Positions 28,121 to 40,500 of a stretch of 64,000 nucleotides of DNA are shown here, piece by piece. A program made the position numbers and the translations under genes. Location of the stretch: the NCBI GenBank assembly GCA_964016885.1, contig OZ024760.1, forward strand, positions 8,618,001 to 8,682,000, in the 5' to 3' direction. Position 1 is the first letter of the stretch, and each line of letters opens with the position of its first letter. The stretch comes from Eledone cirrhosa. Taxonomy: Eukaryota. A model generated the notes under the pieces. The model did not search any database, had not been told where the DNA came from, and saw only the letters and a program-made list of their open reading frames with translations.

Positions 28121-28245
28121 TTGATACGTATGAGATCGTCTCCATTGATATAGAATGACATTAAGCTGTATTTGATACTTGATGTAATCCTGACTTCTCG
28201 GCTCAACTGAGTCGGTGTGACGAGTGCAGGAGGATACATGATACT
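28121..28245 (-). CDS. candidate 125-nt exon of an unidentified host gene
   Basis: ttgtaattgtctAG ... GTgagc; open frame SIMYPPALVTPTQLSREVRITSSIKYSLMSFYINGDDLIRI (a second frame is also open). Confidence 0.35.
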
Positions 28246-28461
28246 CTAGACAATTACAAAGGCCACCAATGACAGCCAGGCCAGATCAGATAACACATCT
28301 TCAACAGTTACAATCCAATCGGACTCTTATCAAACTTTCTTTTGTCTTTATAAACTACATTTTTATCATTTCTTAAATGGTTGGAATCTCACACATACTT
28401 TCCTATCTCCATTATTGGGTGTTTAGCTCATGTCGTGCTGTTGCTTTCGCATGAGTCTTTT

Positions 28462-28545
<84 letters not shown>

Positions 28546-29131
28546 GCGACCTGTGGAACTATGCAGAACAACTGCTGTCGCGTATGGGACAAATACAGTT
28601 GACTGCCGAGTCCATAGTAAGGATCAAACGGCCAGACTCTTTCAAAAACGAAAGAGAGGCGGTTTTCCTCTGTACGGTGGCTATGGTGAAAGAAGTTATA
28701 TGGTGGACGAGGTTGAGAGGACTGAGGACAGATGCCTTTCTCTCCGAACAACAATTGATTCCCTTCTTTAAGTATCACTTTAGAAGGAGAATCAGGGTGG
28801 AGAGAGAGGCACTGCACCCCAGTAAATTTACTGAAAGGTGGGTGAATGAAGCGAAAATGGCCCGAGTGATTGGGCCTTCTCTGTTTATAAGCCTGTAGGT
28901 TGAGGAAGAGAGCAAAAGGAAGAAAGGAGCACTTGCACAACACGCTCCTGAAGTTGAGGGTTGTTCTATCGACGGGGTATTAAACAACCCATTTGTGGTG
29001 CCTCCCCCTTATTGGGGATTTCGATTGTTGAAATTGTTTGTTTTTATATTTTTTACACGACTGTATGTAAAATCCCCGGCATGTCTTTGTATTGTCCCCT
29101 TTCTTGTTGCGCCCTTGTGGCTAATAAAGAA

Positions 29132-29133
<2 letters not shown>
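28546..29133 (+). mobile_element. 5'-truncated Tx1-like LINE (second subfamily)
   Basis: ORF 28584-28898 aligns by eye with the ORF2 C-terminus at 34350-34656; (TCTA)n on both sides. Confidence 0.93.
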
Positions 29134-29188
<55 letters not shown>

Positions 29189-29388
29189 GATAGAGTAAGA
29201 CACGCTTCGCATCGGCTCCGCTATTCCATCGGGATTTACCCTTACTATTGTAAGTACCGGATAAATTTTTTAGTGCAACACATTTGGAACACTAACCCCT
29301 GTTATTTAGGGAAACATTTTTGCATTTACCCCCTTTTTAGGGGGTAAAATAAATATCTATTTTGCCGAAAAATTTCTTTCTTGGCAGC

Positions 29389-31222
29389 ATGGCGGAAAAG
29401 ATGGCAGACATGTCTGCCATTAGCTCTGCCACGCCCCCCAAGTCTGAAGAACAAAAAATAATTACAACAAAATTAGACATTGAAACAAACAAACAAAATG
29501 AAAAAACAAATGTTAAGGAAAATGAGCAAACAGAAAACAAACAAACAGAAAATAATACAAATAACGACAGGGCAACTTTCGCCCAGAAAACAAAGCAATC
29601 CATTACATACACACCAATTGACCTAACTGCCGCCAGAGAAAAACTGGCCGAAGCAAAGAAACATATTGTTTTGGGGGAAAACGGAATGTTTTCCATTAAC
29701 TCCCCCCCAGAATTCAAGAAAGCCAGAGCAGAAAACACAGTTATATACAGAACTATACTAAACCAGTCAAGAAAGCCAGCACAGCCCAGCCAAATGGAAA
29801 TAGAGTTAGTCCTAAAAGACTATATGAAGAATATTCTCTTCATACGAAAGGACCGACTCTATGGCAGCATTTCGGTCCTAACAAGAGACAAAGAAACGGC
29901 GGTTCAGCTTTCCCTAAGCCCACTCTCGTCGACAACATATAGCTTCTATCCCTCCTACATGGGTAGAAGAACTCAGAGAATAAAAGTAAAAACAATGCTG
30001 CCCACAATGGACTTCTGGTGGGCTATTGCTGGCTTCATTGATATGGGCGAAGACACTATGCTGTCAATGGGGAAGGCAACTGGAGATGCGTTCCTGGGAA
30101 TGGGCCTCGACATACTAGTCCAAATGAGGCCCGAAAGAATAGCACAAATCCCGGATCGCATCTGGCTGGATGACCTTACCCCAATAGACATAATTGTAGA
30201 GGGGAGAAGACCAGCATGCTATTTATGCATGGAAAGGGGACACGTTAAGGCTAACTGCCCGAAACGTATCCCCCAAAAAGGACTATTGCCCACACCCACC
30301 ACAAATAGTACACCAGCACCACCCACCTCCAAAAATACACTAATACCACACACAGCAAACAAAATACAGACACCACCAACCACAAACACAACACAAACAT
30401 CACCACCACCAGCACAAACACAAGCACGACACAAAAATCACCACCACCAACCACAACACAAACATCACCACCACCATTACCAACCACAAGCACGACACAA
30501 ACATTACCACCACCACCACCACAAAACCCATTCCAAACAAATAATAAAAAAAACAGTAACAAATCTACCCCTCCCGCAAAAAAAAAACAACCACACAACA
30601 CGTCCCTCCCACCTAGCGCTGAAGAGTTTCCCCCAACTTCTGAAGAAGAAGGAGGAGAAGCCTTCAGACAAGTTAAAAGAAAAAAAAGAAAACACACACC
30701 CAGCACACCACAAATAACCCACACACAAACACCAACTCCAATCAAAAACACCCCACCCTCAACAAACAAAAATAAATCTGCGCCTCCCTCTCCGAAACAT
30801 TGACAGCATCACAAAAAAAGACGTTGCAATACACATATATAAATAAAGAAAACAAAAAACTGGTTAAATTAATAAACAATAACCCTATGGTGCAGACCGA
30901 AGGGCCAAACTTTATCTCAACAGAGAACTTCACCCATTTAAAAATGATAAAGGTCCCTCTGGACCTTTATCGTTCCTTAAAAGAACAATTTAGACGGGAC
31001 GTGAGCCCCCCCTGTTTAAAACCGTTGAATCGCGTCCTCTTGAAAGATTTCCCCATAACCGCCCCTCTCCCTGACACAACTCCAAATACCCCAACCCCAC
31101 CACACACGTGTACCCCCACACCACCACAAAACATCCCTCCACCCAACACACCTGATGCCATGGAAATTACGCCACCCGGAGAGGTAAGTGCTTTTCTTTC
31201 TTCACTTTCAACACCAAAATAG
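29389..31222 (+). CDS. LINE ORF1 (gag-like, zinc knuckle), apparently broken by two frameshifts
   Basis: ATG at 29389; CYLCMERGHVKANC (CX2CX4HX4C); P/T-rich linker continues in another frame from ~30420 (EEEGGEAFRQVKRKKRK) and again from ~30780. Confidence 0.8.
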
Positions 31223-31227
31223 ATCAA

Positions 31228-34200
31228 TTGAGAGTTGGCTGTTTGAACGCGCGTGGCCTGAGCTCAGCTTGGAAGCAAGCAAAGCTTCTAAGTGACCTCA
31301 GGTCACAAAGTATAGATGTGATGGTTGTTTGCGAGAGTCGGATCAGCAGCGTGAGACAGCTGGCGCCCGCCTTCGATGACTTTGAGATGCACGCATCTCT
31401 CTGTCAACCCGGAGGCGGGGGGGGAGTTGCCGTACTGCTGGATAAACGTCTGACTCTCGACGTACAGATTGTTCACTCGGACCCGGGGGGTCGATTACTG
31501 GTGCTGGACGTCGGAGGTGGTGAAGGCGGGGCTTTCAGACTGGTCGGTCTTTATGCTCCCTTCGGGGCGGAGAGAGCCGACTTCTTCCAACGTCTGGAGA
31601 CTTTTCTAGGAACGTCGCGTTCCCTGCTTTTAGTGGGGGACTGGAATGGAATCCTAGATGCGCGTTGGGACTATGCAGGGGCATGTCCCGATAGAGGGGG
31701 GTGTAGCAGCCTCAAGGGGTTACTCGATCGATTCGACCTGGCCGATAGATTTCGACTAGATTGTCCAACTGCGCCAACCTGGACCTGGGCAAACCGCAGT
31801 GGACAATCTAGATCGTACCTAGATAGGTTTTTGGTTAGGAGTAAGGATAGGGACGTATTTAGTTGTCCAGAACTGATCATGGTTGGCTATTCAGATCACA
31901 AATTAGTGACCTGCGTGGTCAACCTTGATAGAACGCATAGACAGGGTCCCGGTTACTGGAAGATGAACTTGTCCTTACCGACAAAGAAAGATTACAGAAA
32001 CCGGATTAGTAGCTTAGTTAAGATGCGGTTGACGGGAGCGATCGTCAACAGTAGGTGGTGGATATCTCTAAAGAGAGAGATTAGAGTAAGTTCGATAGGT
32101 TACAGTAAGGAACTAGCGGCGAATAGAAATAGGAGGGAAAGGGAGTTAACAGATAAACTAGAAGAGGCGATTAGGAGCGGAGACGTAGCCAGAGTGTTAG
32201 CGACGAGAACGGCATTGAGCCAGTTCTTTGACGCGAAGCACGAAGGCTGCGTTGTCCGAAGTAAAATACGTGCTTTAGGAAACGAGGGGACCAAAGCTGT
32301 TAGCTGGGCCCGCGTGACAGAAGCCAAGAGTGGGATTAAATCCACCATTCGGTCTTTGCGAGACCAGGATGGACGGGTGATCCTTGAACCTGAGCGAATG
32401 TGCGAGACCTTTCAAAGGCACTTTGCTCGACTGTTCGGAGGTGGCGGGGGGCCGGACGGGGATGTGGACTTCGGTCCATACCTCGACGGTCTACCGCGTC
32501 TTTCGAGCGGCGAAGCGGAGTGCTGCGAAGGGCCAATCACAGCCACTGAAATCGGGGAAGCGCTCAGCCAATGCAGCAGACGCAAATCCCCGGGTCTCGA
32601 TGGTCTACCATACGAACTTTATTTAGCTATGCCGGTCTTGTTCTCCGAACTCCTCGAGGCTGTCTATTGCAACTGGCAACAGAACGGGAGAATTCCCTGT
32701 TCTGTGACCAAGGGCGTGGTCACGCTAGTGAGGAAGGACGAGAGCAAGGGGGACGACTTAAGTAACTTTAGGCCCATAACTCTGCTGAATGCAGAGTTAC
32801 AGATTTTGGCCAAGGTGTTGACGAAGAGGTTGGCGCTTGTGGTGGGTGGTTTGGTGGGAGACGCGCAGACATGCGCTATCCCGTCCAGGTCCATTCACGA
32901 CAACCTCCACCTCATGCGATACATCATAGAGAGGGTTGGCTACGAACCCGGCTTTGGTGGGGCCCTGATCAACTTGGATCAATCTAAGGCGTTCGATAGG
33001 GTCGACCATGGTTACCTGGATGCGGTGCTAGCGGCGGCGGGCTTCGGACCCGTTTTCAGGGGCTGGATTTCTGCCATGCACAGTGGCAACATCTACTCTA
33101 GGATTAAAGTAAACGGCTACCTCTCGGAGCCGTTTCAAATCACCCGATCCATCAGACAGGGGTGCCCCCTCTCCTCCCTTCTGTACGTATTGACTCTCGA
33201 GCCACTGCTGCGGAAGTTGGAGTTGCTGCGGGGCATACCCCTGGAACCGGGATTGCACAAAGCGGTCTCGGCCTATGCCGACGACGTAACAGTAATGGTG
33301 GCGGACGCCTCGGAAATCGGGGCGATCGCCACCCTACTGGAGGAATACGAAAGGCTGACGGGGGCTAAGCTGAACCAGGACAAGTCAGTCGGTTTGCAAC
33401 TCGGAACGTGGAGGGGCAAACCGATGCCGTTAGACGGTGTCGTCGGGCGGTGGACGGAGGGCCCGGTGAAGCTGCTCGGGGTCTGGTTCGGACCGGACCT
33501 CCAGGTGGAGAAGAATTGGGGCGAGGTGACGAGCAGGGTGTTTGCGCTGACCCAGAAGTGGGCCAAGTGCAAACTATCACTGAAAGGTCGGGCGGAGGTG
33601 ACGAACGCTTACATAGCGTCCGTCATCTACTACCGCCTGACCGTCGTGCCTTGCCCCAAGGAAAAGCTCACCATCATGGAACGCATGCTCTTCCAGTTCC
33701 TCTGGAAGAAGCGGCCTCCCATGGTGAGGAGATCCATCTGCTGCCAGCACCCTTCGAAAGGAGGGCTGGGTATGCCGTGGCTGTTGATGCGTAGGCACGC
33801 ATTGAGGCTACGGCATCTACAGGTATTCCTCAACGGTCAGCCGGTGTGGGCCCCGTTTGTGAGGCGAGCCTTCCCACAGCTCGTCTCGCTCACCGAACTG
33901 CAATCCTGGGTGAAGCAAAGACCGAGAAAACTGGGCAACTGGCACACTGAGTGTGCCCAGGCGCTCACGGCTATCTGGCAAGCGGACCCGACTGTCAGTG
34001 GAGAATCCACCTCGACATTCTATAGAGGGTTGGTGGCTAGCAGGGGCGACGACACCCTTGGAGAGTCGCTAGGCATGGAGGAGGACGAACTGGCCAGCCT
34101 GTTCGGTAGAACTTTCGGCCCGGGACCCATGGACAACTTCCAGAGGTCCCTAGCCTGGCAGTGTTACCGGGGGGCTCTGCCCGTTCGAGAAAAGCTCTAC

Positions 34201-34656
34201 AGACACGGGCGCCCGGGCAGGGATCCCGCGAAAAAGATCTGTCCCAGATGCGTGCGCGACGAGGAAACCGTTGCGCATGCACTGGTACACTGCCCGGGCG
34301 TTGCCGATCTGTGGGGCTACGTCGAACGACTGCTGTCGCGTGTGGCGCCGATTCGATTAACCGCCGAGTCTGTGGTGAACATCAAGCCGCCTCCTCCCTT
34401 CAGAAATGAAGCAGAGGCGGTCTTTCTGTGCGTTATAGCCATGATGAAAGAGGTTGTGTGGTGGACGCGCCTGAAAGGTCTGAGGTCGGGTGACTTTCTC
34501 TCCGGCCATCACCTGGTTTACTTCTTCCGATACCACTTCGGAAGAAGAATCAGGATGGAGAGAGAAGTGCTTGGTCCCAGACAGTTTTATGAAAGGTGGG
34601 TGAAAGAAGCGAGAATGGCCCGTGTAAATGGGCCTTCTCTCTACATTGTTCTGTAG
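31228..34656 (+). CDS. LINE ORF2: APE endonuclease + reverse transcriptase + C-terminal Zn finger (Tx1-like)
   Basis: LNARGL, GDWN, YLDRF, SDH (APE); KSPGLDGLP, FRPITLLN, DQSKAFDRV, RQGCPLS, YADD (RT); GGLG; CPRC..ETVAHALVHC; 1142 codons without a stop. Confidence 0.97.
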   Translation: MRVGCLNARGLSSAWKQAKLLSDLRSQSIDVMVVCESRISSVRQLAPAFDDFEMHASLCQPGGGGGVAVLLDKRLTLDVQIVHSDPGGRLLVLDVGGGEGGAFRLVGLYAPFGAERADFFQRLETFLGTSRSLLLVGDWNGILDARWDYAGACPDRGGCSSLKGLLDRFDLADRFRLDCPTAPTWTWANRSGQSRSYLDRFLVRSKDRDVFSCPELIMVGYSDHKLVTCVVNLDRTHRQGPGYWKMNLSLPTKKDYRNRISSLVKMRLTGAIVNSRWWISLKREIRVSSIGYSKELAANRNRRERELTDKLEEAIRSGDVARVLATRTALSQFFDAKHEGCVVRSKIRALGNEGTKAVSWARVTEAKSGIKSTIRSLRDQDGRVILEPERMCETFQRHFARLFGGGGGPDGDVDFGPYLDGLPRLSSGEAECCEGPITATEIGEALSQCSRRKSPGLDGLPYELYLAMPVLFSELLEAVYCNWQQNGRIPCSVTKGVVTLVRKDESKGDDLSNFRPITLLNAELQILAKVLTKRLALVVGGLVGDAQTCAIPSRSIHDNLHLMRYIIERVGYEPGFGGALINLDQSKAFDRVDHGYLDAVLAAAGFGPVFRGWISAMHSGNIYSRIKVNGYLSEPFQITRSIRQGCPLSSLLYVLTLEPLLRKLELLRGIPLEPGLHKAVSAYADDVTVMVADASEIGAIATLLEEYERLTGAKLNQDKSVGLQLGTWRGKPMPLDGVVGRWTEGPVKLLGVWFGPDLQVEKNWGEVTSRVFALTQKWAKCKLSLKGRAEVTNAYIASVIYYRLTVVPCPKEKLTIMERMLFQFLWKKRPPMVRRSICCQHPSKGGLGMPWLLMRRHALRLRHLQVFLNGQPVWAPFVRRAFPQLVSLTELQSWVKQRPRKLGNWHTECAQALTAIWQADPTVSGESTSTFYRGLVASRGDDTLGESLGMEEDELASLFGRTFGPGPMDNFQRSLAWQCYRGALPVREKLYRHGRPGRDPAKKICPRCVRDEETVAHALVHCPGVADLWGYVERLLSRVAPIRLTAESVVNIKPPPPFRNEAEAVFLCVIAMMKEVVWWTRLKGLRSGDFLSGHHLVYFFRYHFGRRIRMEREVLGPRQFYERWVKEARMARVNGPSLYIVL

Positions 34657-34887
34657 GTGAAGAAGTGAAGAGGAAAGGGGGAGCGCCTCCTCTCTGGGCT
34701 TCCCCCGCGAAAAGAGTTGCACACTTTTCGGGGGTATGTGCAATCCCCAACACGCCCCCTCCCTTTTGAGGACTTTTTATTGTTATATTATTATTGTTAT
34801 TCCTTTTTTCTTTACTCGATTTATGTAAACTCCCCCACTGTGTAAATGTCCCCTTCTTTTGTGCCCTCGTGGCAAATAAATAGAAAT

Positions 34888-34924
<37 letters not shown>

Positions 34925-34999
34925 CACCTCTCTATTTATCTACCTAGCTATCTATTTATCTACCTATCTATCCATCTCTCTCTCTCTCTTTCTTTAACA

Positions 35000-35130
35000 G
35001 GACGCTGTGATGTACCCGGTTAAAAGCTTTGCTGAAATCAAGGTATCTAACATCAGTGTTTGAGCCCTCTCCCAAAGCTCTAAAATTGCCATCAAAAGAG
35101 ATGCAGAAGCTGCGTTAGGCGCTTCCGGTA
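35000..35130 (-). mobile_element. CR1-like RT fragment
   Basis: RALGEGSNTDVRYLDFSKAFNRV; homologous to 52700-52810. Confidence 0.75.
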
Positions 35131-35153
35131 ATCACAGAACTACTACTACCACC

Positions 35154-35186
<33 letters not shown>

Positions 35187-35262
35187 TCTACTACTACTTC
35201 TACTACCACTACTACTACTACCACCACCACCACCACCACCACCACCACTATTACTACTACTA

Positions 35263-35556
35263 TGTCACGCAGTGTAGATGGAAAATGTCCCGAAGTATTT
35301 AGTCATCTGTCAAGTAACATTAGGGATCTCAGACAGATAATATACTTTTCTTAAAACTTGCACAGTGCCTAGCAAGACTGATTTTTGTATGATATGACAC
35401 CTATTTTGCATGGTGTTCCCAACAACTTTAAGAAGTCTTGGAGTTCCAATGGGATTGACCCTAATGCTCCGATCATAACTGGTATCCCTTTCACATTACA
35501 CTCTCTCATTCCAAACAGTATTGCCATCTTCGGAGAATCACCATTTATTCGATATG
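35263..35556 (-). mobile_element. R4/Dong-like 3' end with (TAG/TGG)n tail at 35138-35262
   Basis: IPVMIGALGSIP..L..LG, then KSVLLGTVQVLRKV after a frameshift. Confidence 0.7.
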
Positions 35557-36451
35557 ATCGAATAAATTCCCTTTTAGGCGGTGCTCCAGCATGGCCGAAG
35601 TCCAAGGCCCGGAACATGCAAAACAGACTACATGGAACAGCTCACCCCCTACCCCATTGCTGAATTATGAAGATTTTTGCAAATGAGAGGTGTCAACTAA
35701 CCGAAGATAATATATTTTTATACCTAGATCTATAAATATCTCACTAAAAATTCTTTCGAAATTTCTGGTATGAAATATTTGTATATGTTCCCTGCCCTAC
35801 TCCCCCTGCCGGATTATGAAGAGACACCCACCCACCCACTCACCCACCCACTAACACCCTGCCGGACTTTGAAACACACACATACACGTACACACATACA
35901 CACACACACACACACATGCAAGTGAGAGGTGTATACGGTTTCAATCAAACGTATATTTATGGCGACGACATTTATAAATATCTCCCCTTCCGCCACCACC
36001 AAGACTCACTGGCATTCTTCGCCATCTTGCCATGCAATGTTTGTATATAATATAAATAATTATTTACATCTGGGGGCCTCAACGTTGAAATACAAATTTT
36101 ATAGTATTTTCTTATGAACCAAAATATATTTTTGTTTCCAGAAAAACTTTATTTATACATTTCAATCTAATTCAATCAACGAAATTTTTATAATTCCATG
36201 TTATTGCTGTTGTTCTTTTAAATAATATCTACCGTCTGTGAGGCGAAGTTGAGCAAAAAGTGGTGAGATTTAGACGAAACAAAATGGAGAAACGATTTTC
36301 GTTAAACGAATTCCAGCTTTTTGAAAAGTTGGTCAACTCAACAAAATTCAGAAAACTCAGGGCTCTTTGTCTCCATGACTACTCGTCCCTCTCCCACTAT
36401 CTCTGTCTCACGCATTGTCTCTCTCTCTCACTCCCTATTTCTCTCCCACTA

Positions 36452-36551
<100 letters not shown>

Positions 36552-36552
36552 A

Positions 36553-37130
36553 AGAGGTTGAGTGACGGGCTATAGTAACGTGAGGTTGAGTGAAGGACTA
36601 TAGCAAGGTGAGGTTCAGTGAAAATCCATAGCAAGGTGAGATTGAGTGAAGGACTATAGTTAGGTGAGGTTGAGTGAAGGGCTATAGGAAGGTGGGGTTG
36701 AGTGAAGGACTATGGCAAGGTGAGGTTGAGTGAAGGACTATAGGAAGGTGGGGTTCAGTGAAAATCTATAGCAAGGTGAGGTTGAGTGAAGGACTATAGC
36801 AAGGTGAGGTTGAGTGAAGGGCTATAGCAAGGTGGGGTTGAGTGAAGGACTATGACAAGGTGAGGTTCAGTGAAAATCTATAGCAAGGTGAGGTTGAGTG
36901 ACGGGCTATAGCAAGGTGAGGTTCAGTGAAAATTTATAGCAAGGTGAGATTGAGTGAAGGACTATAGCAAAGTGAGGTTGAGTGAAGGGCTATAGCAAGG
37001 TGAGGTTGAGTGAAGGGCTATAGCAAGGTGAGGTTGAGTGAAGGGCTATAGTAAGGTGAGGTTGAGTGAAGGGCTATAGCAAGGTGAGGTTGAGTGAGGG
37101 GCTATAGCAAAATGAGGTTGAGTGAAGTCA
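36553..37130. repeat. 28-bp minisatellite gaggttgagtgaagggctatagcaaggt (~20 copies)
   Basis: Direct inspection. Confidence 0.95.
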
Positions 37131-37672
37131 ATAACAATTCAATCGTCCTCACCCCACCCCCCGATATATTAGGAGAATTATCGAAGGACAAATTTTCTTC
37201 AAATAGCGAAGAAAAGGATCTGAGATGAGGGAGATTTGACTGCCATTTTTAGCAAATCAAAAGTCTGCGTTCAAAGTTGCCCATTGGCCCATTAAAAATG
37301 AAGTTTTAACGATATAGGTATGGGTAGGGGTGGGGTAAATAAATGGAGCCAATGCAATAAATTTAATAAATATTCTAGACGGAGACAAAATTTCTATTCA
37401 ACACACGACTAAAAATAGCCATTAATGTGATGACATTCTACCAAGTGGTATGTTGGAATATTATATATACATATACATACATATACACACACATACACAC
37501 ATACATATATATGTATTTGTATGTATATACTGTATATGTATATATATATGTATATATATGTATATATATGTATATATATGTATATGTATATATATGTATA
37601 TATATATGTATATATATATATATGTATATATATATGTATATATATATATGTATATATATATGTATATATATG

Positions 37673-37703
<31 letters not shown>

Positions 37704-38126
37704 GTATATATATATGTATATATATATGTATATATATATGTATATATATATGTATATATATATGTATATATATATGTATATGTATATATATATGTATATA
37801 TGTATATATATATGTATATGTATATATATATATATGTATATGTATATATATATATGTATATATGTATATGTATATATATATATGTATATGTATATGTATA
37901 TATATATATGTATATGTATATATATATATGTATATGTATATATATATATGTATATATGTATATGTATATATATATATGTATATATGTATATGTATATATA
38001 TATATGTATATGTATATATATATGTATATGTATATATATATGTATATGTATATATATATGTATATATATATATGTATGTATATGTATATATATATGTATA
38101 TATATATATGTATGTATGTATATATT

Positions 38127-38425
38127 TGGTAAATATCATCTTGGTTAAGAGAGTGGGACTGGCTTTGTGCAGTGCCTTTGCTCACTATAAAAGCTTCACG
38201 GCACAGGCATTGCTTTATATCTGGAGATCTCTCTGCATTTGTCGTCACATGGTACCATGGGCCCAGCACTATGTGTCAATAATTGTCACAAGTGTAGTGT
38301 TTGTACCAGAGCTTTCAAGTCGCTGGCTGGACTAAAAAGTCACACTCGTTCAGCGCATCAGTAGGGGTTCTCCTACATGGATATAAAGTAGTGGCCGTAC
38401 TCGAAAACGAGTTGGCAGCCACCAT
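38127..38425 (+). mobile_element. RTE-like LINE 3' end, same family as 24512-24998
   Basis: Close match to 24670-24998; embedded in (TA)n/(TATG)n. Confidence 0.8.
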
Positions 38426-38472
38426 ATGTATATATATATGTATATATATATGTATATATATATGTATGTATA

Positions 38473-38503
<31 letters not shown>

Positions 38504-39251
38504 TTATGCATATATATTACATATATGTACGTATATATACATATGTATACATATATATATATATATGTATATATATATATGCATACATATATGTATAATA
38601 CATATATATATGTATATATATATATGCATACATATATGTATAATACATATATATATGTATATATATATATGCATACATATATGTATAATACATATATATA
38701 TGTATATATATATATATGCATACATATATGTATATATACATACATATATGTATATATACATATATATATGTATATATATGCATACATATATGTATATATA
38801 CATATATATATGTATATATATGCATTCATATATGTATATATACATATATATATGCATTCATATATGTATATATACATATATATATGTATATGTATATATA
38901 CATATATATATGTATATATATATATGCATACATATATGTATATATACATATATGTATGTATATATACATATATGTATGTATATATATATATGCATACATG
39001 TATGTATATATACATATATGTATGTATATATATATATGCATACATATATGTATATATACATATATGTATGTATATATATATATGCATACATTTATGTATA
39101 TATACATATATGTATATATGTGTATATATATGTATATATGTATGTATGTATATAAATATTTATTATTAGCAGAAATTAAAAGTTTAAGCAAACAATATCT
39201 GCTTTCACCTTTTATATATATATATATTTATATATATATGTATATATATTT

Positions 39252-39391
39252 ATAGGAAAAGAATCAGGAGCCCGACAGCTGAGGTTCGGCCGTTTCGAAT
39301 CTTTTCCTATTACCCACTCTACTACCCTAAGTATTGAGTACTTTGGTGCGTTATGGTCCACCTGGTATCTTACCACACCTTCTTTGTTCTT

Positions 39392-39398
<7 letters not shown>
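39252..39398 (+). mobile_element. short PLE-like family copy with inverted 5' segment
   Basis: Shares attacccactctactaccctaagtattgagtact with the copies at 47618, 57097 and 57836; taggaaaaga..tcttttccta inverted pair. Confidence 0.55.
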
Positions 39399-39446
<48 letters not shown>

Positions 39447-39861
39447 CATACAGAGCCACATAGGACAAAGGCAATAGAAAAAACAACGGAAAGACAGGAA
39501 GTCACATCTTCTCAGTCAACATCTGGAAATATCTACGGTTTCAGTACATAAAGATTGATATCGTTCATTCCAAGTGTCCAAAAACTAAAGATTTTTCCTA
39601 CTATATCCAGCGTTAAACTAATATATTCATTCATTGTACTGTGTTGTTTGCTTTGTTGTTTCCGTTTACTTTTTTTCATACACACTCTTTAGCGGCTCTT
39701 GTGATCCCAGCTTCTGAGAGATTAGTCACAGCTTCTAGATGCACCTCGTGTACATCAGAAGATGCTGTTATCAGGTTTAGGAGATCAGCAAAGTATTCTC
39801 TCCACCTCGCGAGGATGCATCTCTCTGAAGAGAGGACAACCCATGACGCGTTCCTAATAGC

Positions 39862-40500
39862 AAGTTGTCCCCTTCAAAATACGACCCCTGGGGGGAGACA
39901 CAGTAGTTACAAGGTCTTTTTCATTGATCGTGGCAGTACTGGAAGTCATTTTCTCTCAGTGTCCTTACAATCGTCTGTTACAATCTTTTGTATGTTTTCC
40001 ACAGTCCCAAAATTATTTCTAGTATAGGCACAAAACCAGTAATTTGGGGTGAGGGAAAAGCCGATTAAATCGACCCCAGTACGATACTGGTGCTTTATTT
40101 TATCGACCCCGTAGGGATGAAAGGCAAAGTTAACCTCGGCGGGATTTGAACTCAGATCATAAAGGGCAGTAACTCTATGCTGCAAAGCATAGCGTCCGAC
40201 CCGCTACCGATACTGCCAATCCACCGCCCCCCACAGTTCCGAAATGACGACCCTTTAACTTCGATTTCAAATTAGGGAAGAGGTAGAAATAACACGGAGC
40301 TAGACGTGGGCTGTAGGGAGGATGTGGAAAAGTGGGGATGTCTGTCCTCACCCAGAAGTTCTCGAAAGTGTGTTACCCTGGAGCAGCACTGTATCTTCCG
40401 CTGTGTCCTTTCGGACTCATTGGATCTGTTTTCGAAGTCGTTCCAAAACATCTTTTTAGAAGGTGCGATTAACTGTCTGACTTGGAGGTAAAAGGTCTTT
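39862..40500 (-). mobile_element. mariner transposase pseudogene (C-terminal half) split by a SINE
   Basis: PPSQTVN..F*KDVLERLRK; HPPYSPRLAPCYFYLFPNLKSKLKGRHFGTV|ENIQKIVTD...GSYFEGDNL (YSPDLAPxD motif). Confidence 0.88.
40014..40230 (-). mobile_element. tRNA-derived SINE
   Basis: Full head-core-tail; 15-bp TSD ccacagtcccaaaat (39999-40013) / ccacagttccgaaat (40231-40245). Confidence 0.92.

Larger units (their letters stand above)
29188..34888 (+). mobile_element. near full-length Tx1/L1-clade non-LTR retrotransposon inserted in (TCTA)n
   Basis: 5' UTR, ORF1 with CCHC knuckle, intact APE-RT-Zn ORF2, 3' UTR with aataaa; (TCTA)n at 29134-29187 and from 34889. Confidence 0.95.
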
